Shown here: in pieces, positions 21,169 to 31,468 of the stretch
Position numbering within the stretch: position 1 is the first letter of the stretch
Layout: the number at the start of each line of letters is the position of its first letter
DNA from: Vicinamibacteria bacterium
GTDB taxonomy: Bacteria; Acidobacteriota; Vicinamibacteria; Marinacidobacterales; Marinacidobacteraceae
DNA length: 64,000 bases
Reading direction: 5' to 3'
Assembly: GCA_963668695.2 (NCBI GenBank)
Contig: CAXXLQ010000001.1
Coordinates: 1-64,000 of the forward strand
Made by a program: the position numbers and the translations under genes
Notes under the pieces: generated by a model
Seen by the model: only the letters and a program-made list of their open reading frames with translations
What the model was told of the DNA's origin: nothing
The model's database searches: none

Positions 21169-21690
21169 TCAGTTCGTGAGCAGGTAGCCGAGGACCACCA
21201 GCCACACCGTCAGCGAGATTCCGAGAGCGCCCCAGATCAGCCGCATTTCCCGCCTGATCCCGTCCAACTTGACGTCGACAACCTCATTCACCCTCTGGAC
21301 CTCAGCCGTCAGGGCGTCCAGTTTGCGTTCCTGCGCGTCGAACCGCTGCTCCAGCGCGTCGAACCGTTGCTCCAGTGTGTCGAACCGCCGTTCCAGCGCG
21401 GCGAACCGCCGTTCCTGTTCGGCGAAGAACTGGCGCATCTCCACCAGGATCGGCTGAACCTGCGTGGCGACGGCCTCGGAAACCATGGACTGCGTCCCTT
21501 CCTCTGCATTGTAGGCGACCATCGCGTCGGCGCCGGCGTCCACGAGGGCGCGGAAGAGGGCGCCCTTAACTCCTGGTTTTCGAACGGTTTCGGGTGGCTG
21601 GGGTTCAGGCTTCGGCGGTTGGGGTGGCGGGGAAACCTCGTCGGGCGGTTTGCGCGCGGCCTCTGCCTTGGTCTGCGCAGCGTGCGGCAT
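21169..21690 (-). CDS. Coiled-coil protein with heptad repeats and C-terminal membrane anchor (DUF1640-like)
   Basis: ERRFAAL/ERRFDTL/EQRFDAL/EQRFDAQ heptads; terminal TM; GGAG RBS. Confidence 0.65.
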   Translation of the reverse strand: MPHAAQTKAEAARKPPDEVSPPPQPPKPEPQPPETVRKPGVKGALFRALVDAGADAMVAYNAEEGTQSMVSEAVATQVQPILVEMRQFFAEQERRFAALERRFDTLEQRFDALEQRFDAQERKLDALTAEVQRVNEVVDVKLDGIRREMRLIWGALGISLTVWLVVLGYLLTN

Positions 21691-21884
21691 GGGGAACTCC
21701 TCCGGGGATATGCGGCCAACCGGAAGACCCGATGTCCTCCCCTACCCCCATAGACGAAATTCCGGCCCGTTTCTTCTCACCTGCCGCGGTGATGTTGAAA
21801 ACTCGGCGTGAGGCCGCCGCATCCCAGCGGACGAGGCACGGGGCCCATGCGTCGCGCTGCGCTCAGTCGGAGTGCCGGACCTAA

Positions 21885-23075
21885 CTAAGATCGCCAGTCC
21901 GCGCCGGGAATGAATCGGGTCATGAAACCCTCGAAGAGCGGGACGGTGAAGGCGGTGTCCCCGTGGCTGGGACTCCACACCATCCCCTGAGCGATCAGTT
22001 TGCTGCGGGTCGGACCGAGGGCGGTAACCGGCCTGCCGAGGACTCGTGCGATATCACCCGACCGATGCGGACCCTCGCCCAGGGCGGCCATGGCCCGGAG
22101 GTACTGGAGCTGGGACCGCGTCAACTGGTCAACTCGAACCCGGAAGAATCCCGTGTCGAGCGCCGTCTCCGCTTGTGCGGACGCCCGCTCCACATCAGCG
22201 AGACCGATGGGCGACTCGTCGGCGGCATCCCAGGCGTGTTTGCCCCACTCCTGGAGGAAATAGGGATAACCACGCGTCTCTTCGAAGATCCTGAGCAAGG
22301 CTTCCTCCGTGACTCCCACTCCCTGATCCAATACGGGCTTCTCGATCGCGCGTCGGGCCGCCTCCTGATTCAGCCTTCCGACAGACGGAAAGTCGAACAA
22401 GCGCTCCGCGTAGGACTTCGCCTGTCCGGTAAGGGCTCGCAGTTGCGGTAGTCCGGCGCCTACCAGCGTGACGGGTGCCTCTTCCTGGTTCGCAAAGTGG
22501 AGGGCTGTGATGAGGGCGGCAAGTTCGTCCTCCTTCACGTACTGCAGTTCGTCCAGAAACAGGACCAGGGCCGTTTCTGCCTTTTTCGCCGCCGCTCCGG
22601 CCGCCAGCAGGAGCGCCGTCAGGTCCTGTTCGAGATCGCCGTTATCGGCGAGCCCCGGCTCCGGATCGAAGTCGAGGCCGACCTGAATGTCCTGGTACTG
22701 CACCTTGAGAGAGCTCGCGAAGCCCGCCAGCCCCCGAAGCGCCCGTCCGGCTAGATCCTTCGCCGTGTCGTTCCACGAGAGTCTCAGCAGCGCCTTCCGA
22801 AGCTGAGGTGCCAGGATAGCGGGCAAGGAACGTGTCCTCACTGCTTCGACATAGACCGTCTGGAGCCCGGCCGCCTCCGCTTCCTTCCGCATCCGGACGA
22901 GCAGCACGGTTTTGCCAACGCCCCGCAAACCAACCATCACGACGCTCTTGGCCGGACGCGCGATACGGATCCTCCCGAGGGCGATCCGCACGCTTTCCCG
23001 GAGTTCGTCCCGTCCGGCCAACTCCGGGGGTGGGGTCCCGGCGCCCGGTGCGAAAGGGTTGGCAATCGGATCCAT
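21885..23075 (-). CDS. AAA family ATPase with probable C-terminal winged helix
   Basis: NPFAPGAGTPPPELAGR, GLRGVGKT (Walker A), LFLDELQ (Walker B), GYPYFLQ. Confidence 0.88.
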   Translation of the reverse strand: MDPIANPFAPGAGTPPPELAGRDELRESVRIALGRIRIARPAKSVVMVGLRGVGKTVLLVRMRKEAEAAGLQTVYVEAVRTRSLPAILAPQLRKALLRLSWNDTAKDLAGRALRGLAGFASSLKVQYQDIQVGLDFDPEPGLADNGDLEQDLTALLLAAGAAAKKAETALVLFLDELQYVKEDELAALITALHFANQEEAPVTLVGAGLPQLRALTGQAKSYAERLFDFPSVGRLNQEAARRAIEKPVLDQGVGVTEEALLRIFEETRGYPYFLQEWGKHAWDAADESPIGLADVERASAQAETALDTGFFRVRVDQLTRSQLQYLRAMAALGEGPHRSGDIARVLGRPVTALGPTRSKLIAQGMVWSPSHGDTAFTVPLFEGFMTRFIPGADWRS

Positions 23076-23272
23076 GGATTGGGACGGCTCCTTTGGCGAA
23101 TTATATCGATCTTAGCCAGATTATCCGATTTTGATAAGACGGCTAATATCGCTATAAATCCGGATCGACCACGCCATCCGATCTCCATCGTGGTGTCCAC
23201 TCCGGGTATTCACCAGCTCACGAGGTCGCATTTCCCCTGATACGGTTCGTCACGAGACAGTAGAAAAACACC

Positions 23273-24439
23273 GTGGAGATCGCTGGTCCTCGGCAGGAAG
23301 TACCGCGCGAGCCGGTCGGACAGGTGCTGACGTACGAGGGACACTCCAAGATGGCGTTGGTGGACCTCGGCAGCGATGCCAGTGACGCATTGCGAGCGTC
23401 CTGGTCCACGGCTCGCCCGTTCCAATCCGGCGGAGTCATCGAGAGCGCCTGGCTGCTGCCGCTACTCGGCGCCGGAAGCACCACGGCGTCCTCCTTGCTC
23501 GCCGGCAACGTGTTTCTGGCGACCGCCAATCCGGCGACGCTCATGGCCATCGGTTCGGGGCTCGGATCGGCCGTCATGGGGGCGGGAGGAATCGTCGCGC
23601 AGGCACCGTTTGTCGCCGCCAGCAGCGCCCTGATACCGGTCGTGGCGCCGGTGATGCTCTTCACGACCGTTTCGTCGGTAGTGATGGGTGCGCGCCTCGA
23701 CCGGGTGCAGAGGAGTCTCGGAAGGCTTTACGACGCTGTGGAGAGCGTGCGTGGCCTCCTGGACGCCGATGACCATGCGCGGTTCGAGACGGCCGCGGAA
23801 CAACTCGAAGAAATCCAGTCCGAATTCGAGGACCAGCAGCGATTCCCGGAAGATGCGGACATCAAGCTCGCGCTGGTCAAGAACGAAGTCAAACAGTTGC
23901 GGCAGAAGTACGGACGACTGTTGACGGGAAACATCGATTCGGAGGACTCCGCCCGGTCGGCGGTGTCGGATCTCAATCGGTTCTTCCTCGCCAGCCTCCA
24001 TGACATTCAGGCCGACCTGCTCCGGCTGTATCTGGCGCTCCAGAGCGATCCGGAGTTCGTGGAACTCCGCCAGGCGCGACTCCGCCAAAAGATCGAGCGG
24101 TACGGCGAGGACTTCCGACAGATCCTGAGCGACGACCGGCTTGGGGCCTTTCACCGGAAACTGAAAGAAGACCTGGCGAAGTCAAAGTGGCGATGGCTGC
24201 CTGGCGGCTGGCGCATTCCCCTCGGCGGCGGACTGGCCGCAACGACCCGGAACGTCCGGGCCATCCGCAAGGATTTCCATTCGATTCGGGCGCGTATCAA
24301 GCGGTGGATTGATGCGTTTGAGTCGTCGGCGGGTCCGTCGCACGAACACTCGGTCGTCATCTACCGGGAGCCAGCCGGCGAGCGCACGCTAAGGGCCGTT
24401 CACACGCGCGACATTCGACTGCAACTGGCGGCTGCGTAG
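23273..24439 (+). CDS. Hypothetical protein: Gly/Ala-rich hydrophobic segment followed by coiled-coil helices
   Basis: 388-aa ORF, protein-like composition, no recognised family motif. Confidence 0.7.
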   Translation: MEIAGPRQEVPREPVGQVLTYEGHSKMALVDLGSDASDALRASWSTARPFQSGGVIESAWLLPLLGAGSTTASSLLAGNVFLATANPATLMAIGSGLGSAVMGAGGIVAQAPFVAASSALIPVVAPVMLFTTVSSVVMGARLDRVQRSLGRLYDAVESVRGLLDADDHARFETAAEQLEEIQSEFEDQQRFPEDADIKLALVKNEVKQLRQKYGRLLTGNIDSEDSARSAVSDLNRFFLASLHDIQADLLRLYLALQSDPEFVELRQARLRQKIERYGEDFRQILSDDRLGAFHRKLKEDLAKSKWRWLPGGWRIPLGGGLAATTRNVRAIRKDFHSIRARIKRWIDAFESSAGPSHEHSVVIYREPAGERTLRAVHTRDIRLQLAAA

Positions 24440-24489
24440 GCGTTACGGACGCTGCCCCGCCCTCGCGGGGATTCGCGGCGTCATGTTTT

Positions 24490-24534
24490 CGCCTGCCTCC
24501 GGCGGGCGATGCCGACCTGGAGGTCGGCGGTCCC
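24490..24534 (-). repeat. REP-like double hairpin
   Basis: Reverse strand GGGACCGCCGACCTCCAGGTCGGCATCGCCCGCCGGAGGCAGGCG, just downstream of the RND remnant. Confidence 0.65.
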
Positions 24535-24571
24535 TTGCTTCCGCGCCGCGATCGCTACCGGCGTCCCGGCG

Positions 24572-25551
24572 TCAGGGGACCGTCACTGGTTCCGTCGCCG
24601 GTGCGGCGGAGACGACCTTCTCCCCGCTCAGCCGCCACACCCGGCGTGCCCGTGCCGCCAGATCGTCGAGCAGCGTAATAGAAGAAGGGCAGGATGACGA
24701 GGGTCAGAACGGTGGAGGCGGCGAGTCCGCCGATCACCGCCCGTGCCAGCGGGAAGTAATAGAGACCGTCGAGCCCGGTCCGTCCGACCGCCATCGGGAG
24801 GAGGGCGAGCATGGTGGCGCCGGCGGTCATCAGGATCGGCCGGAGCCGGTCGCGTCCGCCGACGAGCAGCGCCTCGCTGCGGTCCATTCCTTCGCGGCGC
24901 AGCTTGTTCACGTGGTCGATCAGCACGATCCCGTTCTTGACCACGATCCCCATCAGGATGAGCATCCCGATCTGGGCCATGAGGTTGAAGGGGCTGTTCG
25001 TGAAGAGCAGCGTCCAGCTCGCGCCCCAGAGCGCGTACGGGATCGAAATCAGGATCGCGAGGGGGTGGATCAGCGATTCGAACTGGGCGGCCATCACGAT
25101 GTAGATCAGTAGCAGCGCCAGCAGGTAGTTCACCGCCATGGTCTGGAGATCGGTGTCCTGCCGGCTGATCCGGTCCCCGAAGGACCACGAATAACCCGCG
25201 GGGAGGGCCATGGCGTCCAGTTCCTCCTCGATCGCGGCGCGGGCGTCGTCCCACTCCTCGCCCTCGTAGGCGGCGCGGAGCGTCGCCACCGCCTTCCGGT
25301 CCACCCGCCGGATCGCCCGGCTGCGTTCGACGATCTCGAAGTCGGCCAGATCGCCGAGCAGGATCGGGACGCCGCCGTCGGACATCAGCGTGAAGTTTTC
25401 GAGGTCCTCCACCCGGGAGACGTCCTTTTGGGACATCGTGAGGAGCACCTCGGCCTCCCGGTCCTCGGTCTGGAAACGCCGGAGCGGCCGGCCCCCGAGC
25501 GTGAAGCCGAAGATCTCGGCGAGGTCCCGCGGGGTGATGCCGAGGCGGGCG
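24572..25551 (-). pseudogene. 3'-terminal ~1 kb duplicate of the RND gene at 34849..38022
   Basis: Near-identical to 34948..35878; +1 frameshift near 24678; carries the tail APATEPVTVP-stop. Confidence 0.9.
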
Positions 25552-25672
25552 ACCCGCTCGGTCTTCCCGGCTCCGCGGACGCCGAACTTGAGCACCCTCT
25601 TCGTGGGGCGGCCGATCCGGATCCTTGCGGAGAAACACTCGCGCACTTTCCCAAGATTCGTCTTCCCCCACC

Positions 25673-25700
25673 TTGACATGCGCAGTCTCGTATGGACACT
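25673..25700 (+). promoter_or_regulatory. Possible sigma70 promoter of the DUF262 gene
   Basis: TTGACA-16 bp-GACACT, then GGAGG RBS ahead of ATG 25735. Confidence 0.35.
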
Positions 25701-25734
25701 CACGACACAACGACAGTGGAGGATCACGTTTCGC

Positions 25735-27621
25735 ATGAATAACACGGTGTCCCTGCAGGATCTTTTTCACGACCGGATCTTTCGCATTCCCGACTACCAA
25801 CGCGGGTACGCGTGGGAGGAACAGCAGGTCCTAGAGTTCCTCGAAGATCTGGAGCTGCTGTCGTCTTCAGGCCGCCACTACACGGGCACGATCATCCTCC
25901 ATCCACAGCCGGACGACGAGTACATGGACAGCGAAGGGAACTCGTACGTTGGTAACCATGTTGTGGACGGACAGCAGAGGCTCACAACCATCGTTCTCTT
26001 GCTGAACGAGATGGGTAGGATGCTGGGCGCCCACGAGTCAACGCGAGGCATCGCTGAAGGCATCAAGAAGAACTATGTCAAGGCTCGGAATGTCGCAGGC
26101 CAGTCCTTGCGCAAACTGAGGCTCAACCAAGAAGATACGGACACCTTTTTTCAGACGGGCGTCCTGCCGGAGGTTCCATCTGTCACCGGGCCGCCCAATG
26201 CGCCCTCGCGACGGCTCGTCGACGCGAAGAGGACAATCGGCAAATTCCTCACGAGCGGGGGAAACGACGTGACGGATCGACCGGAGTGGGTTGTTGATCT
26301 CCACAAGAAGGTGACGAAATGTCTCCATTTCAACCTCTACGAAATCGAGGCGGCAGAGGAGGTTGGCGTGATTTTCGAGGTGACAAACGACCGTGGAAAA
26401 CCGCTGAGCAATCTGGAGAAAGTCAAGAACTACTTGCTCTACACCGCATCGTCCCTTGGCATTGGCAAGGAAGAGTTCGTCAAGTCCGTCAACAGTGCCT
26501 GGGCGGAAATCCTGACCAAACTGATGAACGCGGGCCTCAGCGCTCCTGCCGAGGAAGACAGGTTGCTACGCGCGCACTGGCTGATGGCCTATGACCCACA
26601 TTCAAGGTATTGGCAAGGGAGCAAGAGCATCAAGACTAGGTTCGGTCTGCGCAAATACAAAGATAGGCCCCAGGAGCTCCTCGCGGACCTGACCGCCTAC
26701 GTTGCGGGACTCCGCGAGGCCTGCACCTGCTTCTGTGATGTCCTTAGGCCGGATCGGAACGACGCATTCAGTGCTTTGAAGGATGAGCCCGCCCTCCGCA
26801 GCAAGGTCGTATTGTGGAGTTCGAGGCTTGTTCGAACGGGAACGGTCGCGACTTTTCTACCGCTTCTCATGGCTGCTCGAAAGCGCTCGACGGCCAAGCC
26901 GCAGCAATACTGTGACATTGTGCAGCTTTGTGAACGGTTCGCCTTCAGAATCTATCGTGTAGCTAGGCACAGGAGCAACTATCTTCAGTCTGATCTATTC
27001 AGCCTTGGCAATGCACTGTATTGGGGCACAAGGATTTTTGAGGACATTGGGCGTGGAATCAAGCAAATGATGACTTGGGACGCCGATAGTTTCGAGCAGT
27101 TTACTGACGCTAGACAGCCGAAGATCTGGATCGGATCCAGCTACCTTAAATACTTCCTCTACGAATACGAAATACACTTGGCATCGAAGAGGGGAAAATC
27201 GCCTACGTTCCCGTGGAAGGATTTTGCTTATCAAGAAACGATCGAACATATTCTCCCGCAAACGATTGAGAATCAACCCTACTGGCGCGACCGATTCACC
27301 GATGAGGAGCATCATAGGTATCTTCACGACATCGGCAATCTGACTCTGACCAACTACAACCCATCACTTGGCAACAAGCCATTCCCGGAGAAACGTGGGA
27401 GGAGCGACCAAGAGTCGCCCTGCTACGCGAACTCGGGTCTGTTTCAGGAATTGGACCTGACCAACTGGAGAGACTGGACGCCTGGCGCGATTGACGAACG
27501 TCGTGCCCGCCTGCTCAACTGGGCCGAAGATCGCTGGCGCGTGGATTTGCACGAGGTTCCCCGCGATGCCTATCAAGATGTCCCGATGGACGAGGACCTG
27601 GGAGAAGACGATATCGGCTAA
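25735..27621 (+). CDS. DUF262-DUF1524 (GmrSD-like, Type IV modification-dependent) restriction nuclease
   Basis: IPDYQRGYAW, VVDGQQRLTT, FEVTNDRGKPL, then EHILPQ...IGNLTL...N (HNH-like). Confidence 0.9.
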   Translation: MNNTVSLQDLFHDRIFRIPDYQRGYAWEEQQVLEFLEDLELLSSSGRHYTGTIILHPQPDDEYMDSEGNSYVGNHVVDGQQRLTTIVLLLNEMGRMLGAHESTRGIAEGIKKNYVKARNVAGQSLRKLRLNQEDTDTFFQTGVLPEVPSVTGPPNAPSRRLVDAKRTIGKFLTSGGNDVTDRPEWVVDLHKKVTKCLHFNLYEIEAAEEVGVIFEVTNDRGKPLSNLEKVKNYLLYTASSLGIGKEEFVKSVNSAWAEILTKLMNAGLSAPAEEDRLLRAHWLMAYDPHSRYWQGSKSIKTRFGLRKYKDRPQELLADLTAYVAGLREACTCFCDVLRPDRNDAFSALKDEPALRSKVVLWSSRLVRTGTVATFLPLLMAARKRSTAKPQQYCDIVQLCERFAFRIYRVARHRSNYLQSDLFSLGNALYWGTRIFEDIGRGIKQMMTWDADSFEQFTDARQPKIWIGSSYLKYFLYEYEIHLASKRGKSPTFPWKDFAYQETIEHILPQTIENQPYWRDRFTDEEHHRYLHDIGNLTLTNYNPSLGNKPFPEKRGRSDQESPCYANSGLFQELDLTNWRDWTPGAIDERRARLLNWAEDRWRVDLHEVPRDAYQDVPMDEDLGEDDIG

Positions 27622-27749
27622 GCCGTCGTGCTTTACGCCGGTGAGCGACATGCCGTTCGCCCGCCTGCGGCGGACAATGCCGGCCAGAATGCCGGCGGTC
27701 CCCAACGGTCACGAGACCGCGATCGGTTGAGTTGCCGCGGAGGCTGCCG

Positions 27750-28190
27750 GCGTCTCACCGCTGAGCGGCCGGATCCGCCGCGCCTTAGCGCCAGATCGTC
27801 GAGTAGTGTGTAGAAGAAGGGCAGGATGACCGGGGTGAGCACAGTGGAGGCGGCGCGTCCGCCGATGACGGTCCGAGCGAGCCGGAAGTAGTCGAGCCCG
27901 TCGAGTCCAGTCCGCCCGATTCCGGTCGGGACGAGGGCGGGCATGGTGGCGTCGGCGGTCATCGGGATCGGTCTCGGCCGCCTTCAGGCAGTGCTTCCGT
28001 GCGTTCCCTGCCCGCACGGCGGAGCTTGTTGACCTGGTCGATCACAGCACAATCCCGTTCTTCACCGCGCTTCCCATCAGGATGAGCATTCCGATCTGGG
28101 CCCTCAGGTTGAAGGGGCTGCTCGTGGCGAGCAGCATCCAGAATGTGCCCCAAGGCGCGTAGGGGATCGAAATCAGGATCGCGAGGGGAT
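27750..28190 (-). pseudogene. Older, degenerate duplicate of the RND 3' end
   Basis: GRTGLDGLDYFRLARTVIGG...LPFFYTLLDDLA with many substitutions and frameshifts. Confidence 0.85.
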
Positions 28191-28252
28191 CGAGCGGCTC
28201 GTTTCACAAACGGCGGGCAGCGCGCCGTCGCCGCATATGTGGTGGCTGAGCG

Positions 28253-31200
28253 CTACAGACCTACTATCGACCCGATGTACGAGTCCCTATCCTCTTCTTG
28301 AAAGACGACGTGTCGATTCTGCATCTCACTCTTCTTCATTCCCCAGAGCTCGGTCATCTCCGCGGAAGGAGTGTTCGAGACTATGAACGACTCCAGGCTC
28401 ACCGACGAGCCCTCGAGGCGTTGTTCTATCTCCTTGATGGTCCTGAAGAACCTGACCTTCGGATCGTGAGGTCCGAGATTTCGGATACCCTTGGGGTCCA
28501 CGAAAATGACCTGCTGCTGTCCACCGGAGAGCAGCCATAGGATGAAGTCGGGGTGGAAGTTGCCGGCTTCAAAGAAGCCGACACCACGGCCCTTGCTCAA
28601 GTTTCGCAACAGATAAAGATCGCGGGTCTTGAAGAAGTCTGGATGCCCGTCGTGGAATTCCTTCAGGTCCTCAACGAACTGCCTCTCTCCCTTGTTCAGC
28701 GGTGCCGGACTGACCTCGATGATGTGTGTGTCGAGACAGAGCAACGGCTGGTACAAATGATTTCCGAAGCAGATGGCCTTCATTCCTCGGAATTCCCAGG
28801 GCCTTAGCTCTCCTTTCTGGATGGCTGCCTTGAGTTCTTCGAGCTTGGCGACGACTTCGTCCTGTGACTCGTCGATGAGAATGCGGTAGCCCTCATCCGA
28901 CGACTCCTTCACACCGAGGAAGTTCGGGTCGTCGCCTTCCAAGTCGCGGTATTCGAGGTGAGGAAGCTCCCACTCGTGCCGGCGGAAGGTGTAGTAGCGC
29001 TCGATGTACTTCTTGAGCAGAGCCAACGCGATCTCCTCCCAGAGGCGCACCTTCTCGTATGCGTCGGCAACCAGCTCTTCTTCGGGAATCTGCAAGCGAT
29101 ACCAGCTCTGGTCCTCGAGCACGGCCTCGACTCCCTGCCGTGAGAGATTGAGGTTGTGCCAACCACGTTCGGCCTTGAATCTCTCGAGATCAAAATACAG
29201 GAGGTCAAGATCGAGAAACGCCACGTGCTGGGGCGTCAGATGGGTCTCGTTCAGCGCGGCATCGTCATTGCCGTGAACCAAATCGCCCGATGTCATCGCC
29301 TGGATCTTCGGATACCAGTTGAGCAGCACCTGGTTTCGCTGGAGGTAGGCCGTGCTCGGATCGAGCGCGGGGTTCGGCGGCGCGAGCGTGGGGACGGGCG
29401 CGAGCCTGCGGAACGCATCGCCGAACTCAGTGCTGACGCCATTGATGGTCTTCTTGAGCCGGATCGTCTTGAGCTTCTGAGTCCCCAAGTTCTTGATCAC
29501 CGGCAGCAGAAACTTGATGCGGTCGTCGTTGGTCGGCAGACCCTCCTCCTCAAGGAAGTCCCGGAACTGTGCCATGTAGTCGGCCCGGATGCCGAAAATG
29601 CCGAGCGTCTCAAGCAGAGAGATGTGTTTCGGCCGCTCGGGACCTTCGGGGGGGTGCGTCTTGCCACTGCGCTTGAGACTCATCTCGTAGCCTTTGAGAC
29701 GCACGCCTCGCCCGAAGAGTTGGATGATCTGCGCCCCTTCCCCCTTGCCTACGTTCAGAAGGCCCATCGTCGAGACGCGCCAGCTGCTCCAGCCTTCGGT
29801 AAACTTCTTTGAGCCGATGAGGATGTGCACTGTGGAGTCCGGCTGGTTGATCTCGTGGAAGAGCGACCCAGAGAATTCACGGTCGCCCGTGGCAATGCCC
29901 GTCGCCTCGCACAATTTCACGAGCTTGACGTCGTCGCCCACGTTGATGACGCCGAAGGCATCGTTCTCCGCGCCGAGCCGCAAGGCCACTTCCCCAGTCA
30001 CGCCTCTTAAATTCTCGACATAGAGCTGGCCGCCGCCGGGGGCGTTGAAGAGCATCGCAAGCGTTTGGTCGAAGATCTCTTCCGGTGAGAGTTCGCAGGT
30101 ATTGAGATATTTGAAGCGCCCCGAGCACAGGTCCTTTCCTGTTGCGGTGAGGAGGCCTTGATTGAGAATCTGGCTGATGCGATTGATGCTGCCCTGGCGA
30201 TCGGTCACATAGCGGGCAAGGAACTGCAAGATCTGCACAATATCCGAAGCATCTTGCGCAGCCAGACCTTTGACGACTCGCCCTCCGACAAAGATCCAAA
30301 GAGGTTTCTCGACGTTGAAAGGCCGGAGCGCCCTGCATTGCTCGAGGTAGAGCCGCTGCTGCTGGAAGAACGAGAGCAGACAGGCCACCAGGTACAGCTC
30401 CAGATGGCTCTTCTGCGTTCCGTCATCAAGATTGAGGATCTGATAGTCCTTGCCGAAACCATCTCGGTAGAAATACCGGTACGAGTAGTCGCACAGCGTG
30501 CTCTTGGCGTACACATCTGTTAGCTTGGGGCTGGACTTGACTGCTTGCCCGAAGGTGGCCGAATACTCGAACGAGAACCCTTTCTCGCAGAGAGCATTGC
30601 GGTAGCGCATCCACGCGCCCTTGTCTCCTCCGGTTGCGCCGCGGTGTCCCTCATCTACGAGAACCAGGTTGTTCCCCTCGAAAGCGTCGATAGCGATGGT
30701 CCGATCACCCATCTCGTCGCGTAACCGAGTGACTTCGATGATCTCTACCGCGTCCCCACTGAACAGTCCACCGCCGTCCTTGTTGAACAATCCAGCCGGG
30801 AGTCCCGCCGCCTCGAACTCCCGCAGGTGCTGCTGCGAGAGCCCTTCGTTCGGGGTCAGCAGGAGGACACGGTTCAGCTCGCGCTGGCGACCATGTCGGG
30901 CTAGGGCATGCCGGTACTGCAGGATGTTGGCGTGCATCAGCAGCGTCTTACCGCTGCCCGTGGCCATCCAGAACGCGAGCTTGTTGAGCTGCGGCCACGC
31001 CTCTGCACCTTCGTCGAACGGTGCGATTCGGTCGGTCTCGGCTTTGTCGGCGTTGTAAGCGGCCGTCTGAGCGTTCAGTGCCGCGAGCAGGGTCCCGGGG
31101 TCGCGGAAGTAGCGCTCGAGATATATCTCACTGAAGAGCAGCGTCAGGTATTGGAAATACTTCCAGACGATCGGCTGGTCGCCGCGGGTGATCCGCCGTT

Positions 31201-31468
31201 CGTTCAGTCGCTGCGTGTGCTTGACGACGTTTTGGTCGTATTCCACCAAGAGCTCGGCGGGCAGTTGAGCTCGTTTGGACAGATGTGCTGTGAGCGCGTG
31301 GTGAAAACGGTGGTTGTTGTTCTCATCCAGCCCTTCCAGCTCTTCGTGGCACAGGTGCTCTGCCAAGTCCTCGAACCGCTTCACACCGAAGAGCGACAGC
31401 ACCCACTGGTTCAGCACGAGCTTGTGGGCAAACGGCGCCCGCGGCCGGTTGTTGGCGCGGGCCATCAC
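28253..31468 (-). CDS. res: Type III restriction endonuclease Res subunit
   Basis: [30 protein letters not shown]; C-terminal FHPDFILW...FVDPKG nuclease motif. Confidence 0.9.
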   Translation of the reverse strand: MMARANNRPRAPFAHKLVLNQWVLSLFGVKRFEDLAEHLCHEELEGLDENNNHRFHHALTAHLSKRAQLPAELLVEYDQNVVKHTQRLNERRITRGDQPIVWKYFQYLTLLFSEIYLERYFRDPGTLLAALNAQTAAYNADKAETDRIAPFDEGAEAWPQLNKLAFWMATGSGKTLLMHANILQYRHALARHGRQRELNRVLLLTPNEGLSQQHLREFEAAGLPAGLFNKDGGGLFSGDAVEIIEVTRLRDEMGDRTIAIDAFEGNNLVLVDEGHRGATGGDKGAWMRYRNALCEKGFSFEYSATFGQAVKSSPKLTDVYAKSTLCDYSYRYFYRDGFGKDYQILNLDDGTQKSHLELYLVACLLSFFQQQRLYLEQCRALRPFNVEKPLWIFVGGRVVKGLAAQDASDIVQILQFLARYVTDRQGSINRISQILNQGLLTATGKDLCSGRFKYLNTCELSPEEIFDQTLAMLFNAPGGGQLYVENLRGVTGEVALRLGAENDAFGVINVGDDVKLVKLCEATGIATGDREFSGSLFHEINQPDSTVHILIGSKKFTEGWSSWRVSTMGLLNVGKGEGAQIIQLFGRGVRLKGYEMSLKRSGKTHPPEGPERPKHISLLETLGIFGIRADYMAQFRDFLEEEGLPTNDDRIKFLLPVIKNLGTQKLKTIRLKKTINGVSTEFGDAFRRLAPVPTLAPPNPALDPSTAYLQRNQVLLNWYPKIQAMTSGDLVHGNDDAALNETHLTPQHVAFLDLDLLYFDLERFKAERGWHNLNLSRQGVEAVLEDQSWYRLQIPEEELVADAYEKVRLWEEIALALLKKYIERYYTFRRHEWELPHLEYRDLEGDDPNFLGVKESSDEGYRILIDESQDEVVAKLEELKAAIQKGELRPWEFRGMKAICFGNHLYQPLLCLDTHIIEVSPAPLNKGERQFVEDLKEFHDGHPDFFKTRDLYLLRNLSKGRGVGFFEAGNFHPDFILWLLSGGQQQVIFVDPKGIRNLGPHDPKVRFFRTIKEIEQRLEGSSVSLESFIVSNTPSAEMTELWGMKKSEMQNRHVVFQEEDRDSYIGSIVGL

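Noticed and set aside
25390-25734. N-terminal extension of the DUF262 ORF (743 aa call)
   Set aside because: It is antisense to the RND remnant; RBS and family start point to ATG 25735
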